Shown here: piece after piece, positions 44,787 through 52,320 of the stretch
Position numbering within the stretch: the stretch's first letter is position 1
How the letters are laid out: each line of letters starts with the position of its first letter
Source: Candidatus Altiarchaeota archaeon
GTDB lineage: Archaea > Altiarchaeota > Altiarchaeia > IMC4 > SCGC-AAA252-I15
Direction of reading: 5' to 3'
DNA length: 64,000 nucleotides
NCBI GenBank assembly: GCA_028712125.1
Contig: JAQTQS010000002.1
Span: 1,417 to 65,416 of the forward strand
The notes under the pieces: model-generated
The model's input: only the letters and a program-made list of their open reading frames with translations
What the model was told of the DNA's origin: nothing
The model's database searches: none
Position numbers and translations under genes: made by a program

Positions 44787-45976
44787 TTTCCCGTCACTGC
44801 GGCGTCGATGCACTTTTCCATCGGGCCTATCTTGGTCTTCATGGCGTTGCGTCCCCTGCTGTAATAGCATGCCTTGGCGCTGGTGGTCGCGATGCTCTTG
44901 AACCTGCCTTTTATCGGCGCGACGACCATGCACGTGTCGCAGGCGAACTTCCCGCCGGCATCTTCTATGACTTTTGTATACCCCCTTTCGTCGCTCAGAA
45001 CCTTTATAGGACGGGAGGTGGCGACCCAGAGCTCCACTTTCGGATTTACCTTCTTTCCTTCAAGGTGGTCTGCGATTTCCGCAATCTCCTTTATGGAGCA
45101 GTGCGGGCATCCCAATGAGACGAAGTCCACAACGTCGCCCTCGTCGTTCAGCGCCTTGTATGCGTCATCGAGCTCCTTCTGGCGTATGACGATAGTCTGC
45201 AACGGCTGCTTGAAGGCTCTCGCCTCAGGCGTGACATTCTCGATATGGAACAACGGCTTTGCCCCGAATGTCACGACCGACGCGCTGAAGGACTTAAGCG
45301 AATCGACATCAATCACGCCAAGCCCGGTTATGTACGGTATCCTGCCCTCCGCGCTCTTCCCGATGACATAGCCCAGCGCCCCGTAGTCCGAAAGGCCGGT
45401 AATCTTCGCATCGACCCTCACATGAACGTCCGGCTTCCGGTTCTCAGACAGGTGCAATCCGTATTCCGGCGTCTTACCGATGATTGCCGCTGCGAGAGCG
45501 GACGGGCCCCCCTCGCGGTTGGTGCGCGCGCCTATGACGCTGTTGACGAATGTGACTGCGGATGATTCGCCCCATGCGACATGCTCGCCGAATGCCGGGA
45601 GATTGCCTGCGAGATAGGGCGTGCAGGTGCAGCTTGTCACGATGCCCATCCTTGAGAACGCGTCAATCACCTTCTTCTGCTTTACCGCGAATTCGTCAGG
45701 TATCCCGAGCTTGCGCCAGTCCTTCAAGTCCATGCCGGCGGGATTGAGCGTGGTCAGAACCTTAACCCTCCCGTCAACAGCCAGTTCGGCCAGGTATTCA
45801 AGGCCTGCATCGCCAAGGTTCTCGTAGCTTACGCCGGCAACCTGGACCGACGTCACGGGAATCAGGCGCTTCGCGCCGTAAATCTCGCCCAAGGCCGCAA
45901 GAATCTTCATCGACTTGGCCGCGGCGTTGCCTGCTTTCCCGTCCAGGATATCCTCCTCATCCCTTGAAAGCTGCAT
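44777..45976 (-). CDS. Aconitase X catalytic subunit (DUF521; phosphomevalonate dehydratase large subunit)
   Basis: MQLSRDEEDILDGKAGNAAAKSMKILAALGE...PVTSVQVAGVSY; Cys ligand candidates (SCTCTPY, LGCPHCS, ACDTCMV). Confidence 0.85.
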   Translation of the reverse strand: MQLSRDEEDILDGKAGNAAAKSMKILAALGEIYGAKRLIPVTSVQVAGVSYENLGDAGLEYLAELAVDGRVKVLTTLNPAGMDLKDWRKLGIPDEFAVKQKKVIDAFSRMGIVTSCTCTPYLAGNLPAFGEHVAWGESSAVTFVNSVIGARTNREGGPSALAAAIIGKTPEYGLHLSENRKPDVHVRVDAKITGLSDYGALGYVIGKSAEGRIPYITGLGVIDVDSLKSFSASVVTFGAKPLFHIENVTPEARAFKQPLQTIVIRQKELDDAYKALNDEGDVVDFVSLGCPHCSIKEIAEIADHLEGKKVNPKVELWVATSRPIKVLSDERGYTKVIEDAGGKFACDTCMVVAPIKGRFKSIATTSAKACYYSRGRNAMKTKIGPMEKCIDAAVTGKWS

Positions 45977-45985
45977 ATTACTATA

Positions 45986-46666
45986 CTACTCTACCTTTTC
46001 TCTTAAATCACCGGTGTCCAGTTCCTCAAGCGTCTTTACGACAAAGTCAGCACCGGCCCCTAAGAGCTCTCTTTCGCTCCTCATGCCCGTCTGCACGCCG
46101 ACAACTCTCATCCCTGCCTTCCTGCCGGCTTCGATGCCCGGAAGAGAATCCTCAATAACCCAGCAATCAGCAGGCGGCACGCCCAGTTTCTCCGCGGCCT
46201 TGAGATATACCTCAGGCTCGGGCTTGGCCTTCTTCGTGTCCTCCATTCCCGTGAACGCCTGGAAGTATCCCTTGAGGCCGGTTTTTTCCATGAGCGGTAT
46301 GATGGACTTCAATGTCGTGCTGGAGGCGAGTGCTATCCTGAAGTTCTCCTTCCTGAGTTTTTCAAGCAACTCCCTTACGCCCGGCAGGACTATAACGCCC
46401 TCCTCAGTCATCCTCCGAAACTCCCTCTGCTTTTCGGCGTAAAACAGATTGAAATCCGGCATTTCGGAAACGCCGTGCGCTTTCAAGAGGCCGGCTGTTA
46501 TGTCCCGCGGGTCCATCCCGAAATAACCGAGGAACTCCTCCCTGCCCACGCCGAAGCCGTAGCGCCTTCTCATCACGACGTCAAAACCCTTACGGTGGGC
46601 TTCGAACGTGTCTATCAGCACGCCGTCCATGTCGAATATCACGGCTTTCATCCAGTCCAATTTCAC
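45986..46666 (-). CDS. HAD-superfamily hydrolase embedded in the AcnX/UbiD/UbiX operon
   Basis: Motif I AVIFDMDGVLIDT, motif II LASS, motif III/IV K...VIEDSLPGIEAGRKAGM. Its start overlaps the stop of the UbiD-like gene. Confidence 0.85.
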   Translation of the reverse strand: MKLDWMKAVIFDMDGVLIDTFEAHRKGFDVVMRRRYGFGVGREEFLGYFGMDPRDITAGLLKAHGVSEMPDFNLFYAEKQREFRRMTEEGVIVLPGVRELLEKLRKENFRIALASSTTLKSIIPLMEKTGLKGYFQAFTGMEDTKKAKPEPEVYLKAAEKLGVPPADCWVIEDSLPGIEAGRKAGMRVVGVQTGMRSERELLGAGADFVVKTLEELDTGDLREKVE

Positions 46667-47994
46667 CGTTTAACGCCGTATTTCTTCAGGTCTATTCTCA
46701 TCGGCGCCTGTACGAGCGTGAAGTCGTCCCTTTTCTTTCCCGAAGGTATCGTGCAGTCGAATCCTATCTTCGTCGTCTTCCTCCGGTCGCATCCTTCCAT
46801 GTACTCCGACGACGGGTCTATGCTCGAGCCCATGGCATCCTTGTGGACTACCATGTTCCTGCCGCCCTGAAATCTCGTCGCCATCGACCACTCGACCTGC
46901 TGGAAGTCGAACGGGTCAACGTCCTCGTCGACAATCCACACGTGCTTGACGCTGGAATGGCCCTTGAACGCGGCTTCAATCGCCTTCATCCCGTCTTCGG
47001 GATTCTTCTTGCTGATTTGGACGACCGCGTGCAGCCAGCTGCAGCCGCCGGGCGTTATAGAAACGTTTTTGCAGTCGCAGACCTTCTTTACTTCGTTGTA
47101 AATCGTCGGCTCCCTCGGCAGGCCCATCAACAGCTTGTGCTCGTTCGACCCGCCGACCAGTGCCTGGTAGATGGCGTCCTTCCTGCGCGTGACTTTTTTC
47201 ACCTCGATGACCGGCTGCTGGCGCTCGATTGCGTCATACTTTCCCGTCAATTCGACAAACGGCCCTTCGGCGTCGGTCTCGTTCGTGATTCGGCCTTCAA
47301 TAATAATCTCGGCATCTGCCGGCACATTAATGTCGACAGTCTTCGCCTTTACGAGCTTTACCGGATTCAGCGTGTTCGCTATTTCGTACTCGTCCACGTC
47401 AATCGGGACTCTCACGGCCTCTGCGACGAGTATCGACATGTCGTTCCCCAGCGCTATTGCCACGTCCAGCTCGCCGCCCGCCCTCTTAAGGTACTGCCAC
47501 AAGTCCCGCTCGCAAATCCTGATGACCAGCCTTTTTTTGCCTGTCACCATGATGCGGTGGATGCTCAGGTTGTGGCCGTATTCCGGGTCGTTTGCGATTA
47601 CGACCGAAGAGGTTAGATAAGGCGTTTTGTCCTTCGCGTAGTGCGTGAGTGCAGGCAGGCTGCTTATGTCATCTTCAATCACTTCCTGGCACGGCGCGGT
47701 CTTCGCCATAGACGGCTTGGTCTTGCGCTCGATGGCGTCGGCCACCTTGAACATCAGTCTTTCCGGCGTAGTGCCTAACCCCGACGCGATAAGCTCCCGC
47801 GAACTGCACAGGCCGCCGACGACAGGCATGTCATAGCCCTTGACGCCGCTGAAGTAAACGGCATTGCCGTCCAGCGCCTTGAGTATGGACGAAATCTCAA
47901 ACTTAGGGTCAACCTTCCGGTCCACCCTAAACAGCTTCCCCTCCTTGTCCAGTTTTTTTATGAAATCACGCATGGTCATCCTGAATTCCCCCAT
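46663..47994 (-). CDS. UbiD-family prFMN-dependent decarboxylase (candidate anhydromevalonate phosphate decarboxylase)
   Basis: UbiD-like N-terminus (RDFIKKLDKEGKLFRVDRKVDPKFEISS) and full-length family pattern. Start ambiguous among Met1, Met6 and Met8. Function inferred from the AcnX/UbiX/MVK/IPK context. Confidence 0.85.
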   Translation of the reverse strand: MGEFRMTMRDFIKKLDKEGKLFRVDRKVDPKFEISSILKALDGNAVYFSGVKGYDMPVVGGLCSSRELIASGLGTTPERLMFKVADAIERKTKPSMAKTAPCQEVIEDDISSLPALTHYAKDKTPYLTSSVVIANDPEYGHNLSIHRIMVTGKKRLVIRICERDLWQYLKRAGGELDVAIALGNDMSILVAEAVRVPIDVDEYEIANTLNPVKLVKAKTVDINVPADAEIIIEGRITNETDAEGPFVELTGKYDAIERQQPVIEVKKVTRRKDAIYQALVGGSNEHKLLMGLPREPTIYNEVKKVCDCKNVSITPGGCSWLHAVVQISKKNPEDGMKAIEAAFKGHSSVKHVWIVDEDVDPFDFQQVEWSMATRFQGGRNMVVHKDAMGSSIDPSSEYMEGCDRRKTTKIGFDCTIPSGKKRDDFTLVQAPMRIDLKKYGVKR

Positions 47995-48536
47995 TTTTTG
48001 TACAGGTTGTGTCCCATCTCAAGCGCATCGAGAATCTTTCCTACGAAAAAGTCCGTAACGTCGTCCACAGTCTTCGGCTTATGGTAGTACGCCATATTCG
48101 GCGGCACAATAAGAGCCCCCGCAGTCTTCAGCTTCACCATGTTCTCAAGCGCCGGCAGCGACAATGGCGTGTCTCTAGGGCATACGACCAGCTTCCAGTT
48201 CATCTTCAGGCAGTTTTCGGCCGCCCGTGTTATGAGGCTGTCTGCGTAGCCGTTGGCAATGCCAGACAGCGTCTTGAGCGAGCACGGCGCGACGACCATC
48301 GCGTCAATTGCGAACGACGAGGAGGCGAGCGGCGCGGCCATGTCTTTTTCGTCATAAAGTCGAGAGGCGGCCTTCTCGGCCTTCTTCAAGTCCGTATTGT
48401 CCTCGTATCTCGCGACCTCTCTTGCGCCCTTCGAGATGATGAGATGGACTTCATGCTTTCTCTTTACAAGCTCTTCCACGAGCCGCCGGCCGATGATTAT
48501 GCCGGATGCGCCGGTGATTGCGACAGCTATCTTCAT
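47976..48536 (-). CDS. ubiX: Flavin prenyltransferase UbiX
   Basis: Start at MKIAVAITGASGIIIG (complement of 48534-48536). Flavoprotein fold with MVVAPCSLKTLSGIANG. Confidence 0.9.
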   Translation of the reverse strand: MKIAVAITGASGIIIGRRLVEELVKRKHEVHLIISKGAREVARYEDNTDLKKAEKAASRLYDEKDMAAPLASSSFAIDAMVVAPCSLKTLSGIANGYADSLITRAAENCLKMNWKLVVCPRDTPLSLPALENMVKLKTAGALIVPPNMAYYHKPKTVDDVTDFFVGKILDALEMGHNLYKKWGNSG

Positions 48537-48569
48537 TCTGCTAATATAGATGTCTACCAAGACTTATAT
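48537..48569. promoter_or_regulatory. 33-bp divergent promoter with two TATA-like boxes (ubiX operon / trm1)
   Basis: CTAATATAG (48541-48549) is centred about 25 nt before the trm1 ATG. CTTATATA (48563-48570; TATATAAG on the minus strand) is centred about 30 nt before the ubiX ATG. There is no room for 5' UTRs. Confidence 0.45.
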
Positions 48570-49673
48570 ATGCTCTGCAGGAGCGTGTTTGAGGGTTCGA
48601 CCGAGCTTCGGGTGCCGGTGGTTGAGAAGCTGACCAGCCGCAATCCCGTGTTCTACAATCCGGTCATGGAGTTGTCGCGGGACCTTAGCGTTGCGGCCTG
48701 CCGGCTGTTGAAACCGGAGAGCTATTGCGATGCGCTGGCCGGGAGCGGCGCCCGTGGGATAAGGATTGCAAAAGAGGCCGGCGTGAAAGAAGTCTGCCTG
48801 AACGACCTTAACCGGCAGGCGTGCGAGCTTATGGAGGAGAACGCGAAAATAAACGGCGTTAACGTGTCAATTTCTAACGACAACTGCAATCACTATCTCA
48901 GCGACAGGAAGTTCGATTTCGTCGATGTGGACCCGTTCGGCCCGCCCGTTCGTTATCTCGATGCCGCAATTCGTGCTTTCGGCAAGAGGGGCTTTCTTGG
49001 GGTTGCGGCGACCGATACGAGCGCGCTCTGCGGCACTTATCCGCGGGCGTGCAGGCGCAAGTACGACGCGACGTCGCTTCGCACCGACTATTACGACGAG
49101 ATGGGCCTTCGCATCCTCCTTGGTTTTATCGCAAGGACTGCGGTGCGCTATGAGCATGGGATGCGCGTCTTGTTCTCGCATTCGACGCGTCATTACTTCC
49201 GAGCTTTTGTCGAGCTTGACCGGGGTCGCGTGTTCGTCCAGCCGACGCAGGATGCAATCGTCTATGTCCAGCACTGCTTCAAGTGCCTTGAGCGAACCTA
49301 TGTAAAACTCGGCGCTCTAAAGGAGAAATGCTCCTGCGGCGGCGAGCTTTCAACCGCCGGCCCGCTTTGGGGCGGCACGTTCGCGGACGCTGAGTTTTGC
49401 GGCCGGCTTGCCGGCGAGCTTGAGGCTGGCGTCTTTAAGACCAAAAAGGATGCTGTCTCGCTTGTCAATATGGTTGGAAACGAACAGGCTGTCTTGAAGC
49501 CTTATTTCAATCTGCATAAGATTTGTGAATTGAAAGGCGTTCCATCCCCGACGATGGAAGCCGTCTTCAAGGGGCTTTCTGAGGCCGGTTTTAATGCGGC
49601 TCGGACTCATTTCGAGCCTGTTGGCTTGAGGACTGATGCGGATGTGAGCGTTCTGGCGAAGTTAGTTGTTTAG
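48570..49673 (+). CDS. trm1: tRNA (guanine26-N2)-dimethyltransferase Trm1
   Basis: Start at MLCRSVFEG (ATG 48570). The 187 upstream codons of the track ORF are antisense to ubiX. Motifs FYNPVMELSRD, DALAGSGARGIR, VDVDPFGPP, C-terminal CFKC...CSCGG zinc motif. Confidence 0.88.
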   Translation: MLCRSVFEGSTELRVPVVEKLTSRNPVFYNPVMELSRDLSVAACRLLKPESYCDALAGSGARGIRIAKEAGVKEVCLNDLNRQACELMEENAKINGVNVSISNDNCNHYLSDRKFDFVDVDPFGPPVRYLDAAIRAFGKRGFLGVAATDTSALCGTYPRACRRKYDATSLRTDYYDEMGLRILLGFIARTAVRYEHGMRVLFSHSTRHYFRAFVELDRGRVFVQPTQDAIVYVQHCFKCLERTYVKLGALKEKCSCGGELSTAGPLWGGTFADAEFCGRLAGELEAGVFKTKKDAVSLVNMVGNEQAVLKPYFNLHKICELKGVPSPTMEAVFKGLSEAGFNAARTHFEPVGLRTDADVSVLAKLVV

Positions 49674-49851
49674 CTTTTTATTATTGTATGTAATACGCAA
49701 TAATAATATTAGAAAAACACATATATACAAAAAATACCTATAAATTATAAAATATATACATCTTTTTATTCTATATAACACGCAATAATAAAACAAATTA
49801 TTTATAAATATCAAAGTATATATACTAACATTACATATAACGCACAATAAA
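49674..49851. repeat. Extremely AT-rich spacer with two interleaved triplicated motifs (iteron/operator-like)
   Basis: TATGTAATACGCAATAATAA (49687-49706) and TATATAACACGCAATAATAA (49772-49791) match at 18 of 20 positions. A variant CATATAACGCACAATAAAA (49833-49851) abuts the ATG at 49852. ATATATAC occurs at 49721, 49752 and 49818. TTATTG (49681-49686) and CAATAA (49698-49703) form an inverted pair. Confidence 0.7.
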
Positions 49852-50208
49852 ATGCCAGTCAAACTCGAAATATCCGGCCAACCACCCCAAAACATGGAGG
49901 AAATCCTCGCGCGACTATTCTGGAAAGAGCCGGAGACCGCCAAAGCCGCCGGGGATTTCCTCCAAACAATCAAGCAATGGAGCCGCACAGAAACGCCCTA
50001 CACCGTCGACCAGTGGAAATCCTACATCATCCGGCATGAAATCACCCAAAGCACCTACCACAACATGCTAAAACGCCTCAGGCGCGCAGGCATGCTCGAA
50101 AAAAAATACAACAAAGGCCGGCGCACACACGAATTGATACTCGCGAAAAACTTTTCAGACGTCATGTCAGCCGCCGCGTCATTATGGGAAGAATACCTGA
50201 GAAGCTGA
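49852..50208 (+). CDS. Small winged-helix DNA-binding protein
   Basis: 118 aa. ITQSTYHNMLKRLRRAGMLEKKYNKGRRTHELIL looks like a recognition helix plus basic wing. Confidence 0.55.
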   Translation: MPVKLEISGQPPQNMEEILARLFWKEPETAKAAGDFLQTIKQWSRTETPYTVDQWKSYIIRHEITQSTYHNMLKRLRRAGMLEKKYNKGRRTHELILAKNFSDVMSAAASLWEEYLRS

Positions 50209-50248
50209 ACAACCATTAATATATGCCTAAACTAAAAAATTTCACATT

Positions 50249-51445
50249 ATGGGCCGCAACATCAAACTCGTCATCTGCGCAATATCGCTGCTCGTCCTAT
50301 CGGCAGGATGCATCACGACAAAAAGCGGCAATACCACTAAAAAGACTTCGCCAACGACGAACGAGCCCTTCTGCCCCCAGCCGTACATCGAGTACAAGCG
50401 CGGTGAATGCTGCCTTGACTCGAACAGCAACCGCATCTGCGACAAGGACGAGACGACCACGAGCCCGCAGACAACAAATCCGCAGACGACGCAGCCTACG
50501 ACGACTAAACAGGCAACGACCATCCTCCAGACGACCCAAGCAACCTCGACAACAATCCCGCAGCAATGCCCGCAAGGCTCCTACGACAACGACCCGGCAT
50601 GCAAAAACGCATGCCTAGCCGGCCAGCGCTGTCGCCCTTCAGGCGTCACGATAACTTTCAACGGCCAGCCGATAACATGCTACCAGTGCGCTGCCGCCTG
50701 TCCGGCGGACGACCCGGACCGGACTTATTACTATAACGACTCGTCATGCGCCGTGAATTGCAGCAATGCCGGGAACTGGGCTTGCGTGCCGAGCGTTACC
50801 TATGCCGGCTGCTTTTCCTGCGACAGATTGTGCCCTGCGAACTATTTCTACAAGAGCAGCACCTGCCGCGGCGAGTGCGACGAGGGCGAGGAGTGCACGA
50901 AAAGCACCCAGCTAAACGACTGCTACTGGTGCAAGAGCCCATGCCCCGAAGGCTATTTTTACAAGGACCCGGCGTGCGACGATACGTGCGGCATCAACGA
51001 GCGCTGCGAGAAGACCACCAGCAGCTGCTATTTGTGCGTGCAGAAGTGCGACGAAGGCTACTACTACCAGAACAGCACCTGCAACGACGACTGCGGCTCA
51101 AACCAGGCGTGCATCGCGCTCTCCAGCCAGTCCAACTGCTATTACTGCGCAGACCTGCCTGACTGCGAAGCCTATTGCGGCGACCGCGGGAGCCTCTATG
51201 AATGGATAAACGACGGAGCGCAGGGAAGCCCTGACATCAGCACGTCAGCGGAATGCTCTGCATGGGCCACTCAGAAGCTGAATGACATACAAGCGCAGTG
51301 CCACACCTCCTGCGCGTCCAGTTCCTTCAAGAAAACAAACACCATATCCTGCTGCTGCGTGGCCTGGAATTCGATAGACTGCGATGACTGCCCGGGCGAG
51401 AACCCGGTCTGCCCGCCAGTGGACGAGTGCATGGACACGCTCTAA
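50249..51445 (+). CDS. Lipobox-containing surface protein with Thr-rich stalk and five tandem six-Cys modules
   Basis: Signal with LSAG|C lipobox, TTTSPQTTNPQTTQPTTTKQATT linker, then modules of the form C-[PD]-x2-Y-[FY]-Y-x3,4-C-x3-C-x4,6-C-x5,14-C-[YF]-x-C (e.g. CPEGYFYKDPACDDTCGINERCEKTTSSCYLC). Confidence 0.75.
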   Translation: MGRNIKLVICAISLLVLSAGCITTKSGNTTKKTSPTTNEPFCPQPYIEYKRGECCLDSNSNRICDKDETTTSPQTTNPQTTQPTTTKQATTILQTTQATSTTIPQQCPQGSYDNDPACKNACLAGQRCRPSGVTITFNGQPITCYQCAAACPADDPDRTYYYNDSSCAVNCSNAGNWACVPSVTYAGCFSCDRLCPANYFYKSSTCRGECDEGEECTKSTQLNDCYWCKSPCPEGYFYKDPACDDTCGINERCEKTTSSCYLCVQKCDEGYYYQNSTCNDDCGSNQACIALSSQSNCYYCADLPDCEAYCGDRGSLYEWINDGAQGSPDISTSAECSAWATQKLNDIQAQCHTSCASSSFKKTNTISCCCVAWNSIDCDDCPGENPVCPPVDECMDTL

Positions 51446-51479
51446 ATCCTGATTTAAAAGTATTCAACAAATAACTATC

Positions 51480-52061
51480 ATGCCGGACTTTTCATCCCTG
51501 TCAGTCGTTCTGGAGGCATTATGGTTCATACTGCCTGCGTACATGGCGAATTCCATTGCGAGCGACATAGCCCACATACGCTTTTTCGAGAAGTATTCCT
51601 ATCCATTGGATTTCGGATTTTCGTGGCGCAACGTCAGGATTTTCGGTCCGAACAAGACATGGCGCGGCCTGTTTTTCGGCGTGGCTGCGGCTTTGGTGAC
51701 GGGCTTTTTCCAGCATAGTTTTCATTCGGAGTCTTCATCGCTCCTGTCCGGCTACCTGCACCTTGGCTCGTCGTTGCATCTTCCCGCCATGTCGCTTTCG
51801 CTCGCATTCCTCCTCGGATTCGGCGCTATAGCCGGGGATGCGGTAAAGAGTTTTTTCAAGCGGCGGATGGGCATAGAGAGCGGGATGCCGGCGCCCTTGC
51901 TCGACCAGCTTGACTACATCTTCGGCGCTTTCTTTTGCGCAGGGCTGATAAGCCCGGTAAACCTTGAGTATTTCGCGATAGTCGTGATAATAACCGTTCC
52001 ACTGCACCTTGTGGCGAATTTCGTCGCCTGGCTGCTGAAGCTAAAGAAGGTCCCCTGGTAA
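51480..52061 (+). CDS. carS: CDP-archaeol synthase (CarS, DUF46)
   Basis: WFILPAYMANSIAS N-terminal motif and FKRRMGIESGMPAPLLDQLDY, both typical of CarS; five TM helices. Confidence 0.85.
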   Translation: MPDFSSLSVVLEALWFILPAYMANSIASDIAHIRFFEKYSYPLDFGFSWRNVRIFGPNKTWRGLFFGVAAALVTGFFQHSFHSESSSLLSGYLHLGSSLHLPAMSLSLAFLLGFGAIAGDAVKSFFKRRMGIESGMPAPLLDQLDYIFGAFFCAGLISPVNLEYFAIVVIITVPLHLVANFVAWLLKLKKVPW

Positions 52062-52065
52062 GACT

Positions 52066-52314
52066 TTATCTCTTTATTGTGAAGCCGGTCTTCTCAGTCC
52101 ACTCCTTGTTGAACTTGTAGAGCGTCTGGCTTAACGCAGAGACGACGTCGTGTATCGGAGCGTCCTTGGCCTCGGTCTTTATCTGCGGCTCTCCCTTCTC
52201 GTCCCATTTCACTTCCATCCTGAAAAACCTTTCGTCCCTCTTGGTCGCCTTGGCGGATTCGTCCATATCCCTCACCTTAGTAGATATTTGTATCCAATCT
52301 AATATGCTCAACAA
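52066..52314 (-). CDS. Small hypothetical protein
   Basis: 82-aa charged ORF filling the carS / oxidoreductase gap. A start at Met17 is possible. No motif recognised. Confidence 0.4.
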   Translation of the reverse strand: MLSILDWIQISTKVRDMDESAKATKRDERFFRMEVKWDEKGEPQIKTEAKDAPIHDVVSALSQTLYKFNKEWTEKTGFTIKR

Positions 52315-52320
52315 GTGCTT

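Noticed and set aside
48009-48569. 187-codon N-terminal extension of the Trm1 ORF in the track
   Set aside because: It is antisense to the well-supported ubiX gene and Arg-rich. Trm1 homology begins at the ATG at 48570, which has its own TATA-like box.
49662-49988. 108-aa minus-strand ORF across the AT-rich spacer
   Set aside because: Its Ile/Tyr/Phe/Leu-rich translation comes from AT-rich non-coding DNA. It overlaps the better-supported wHTH gene and the end of trm1.
50223-50618. 131-aa Arg/Ser/Thr-rich plus-strand ORF and the antisense ORFs over 50242-50575
   Set aside because: These are off-frame readings of the ACN/CAG-rich Thr/Gln stalk of the lipoprotein gene. The lipobox frame continues into the structured Cys modules.
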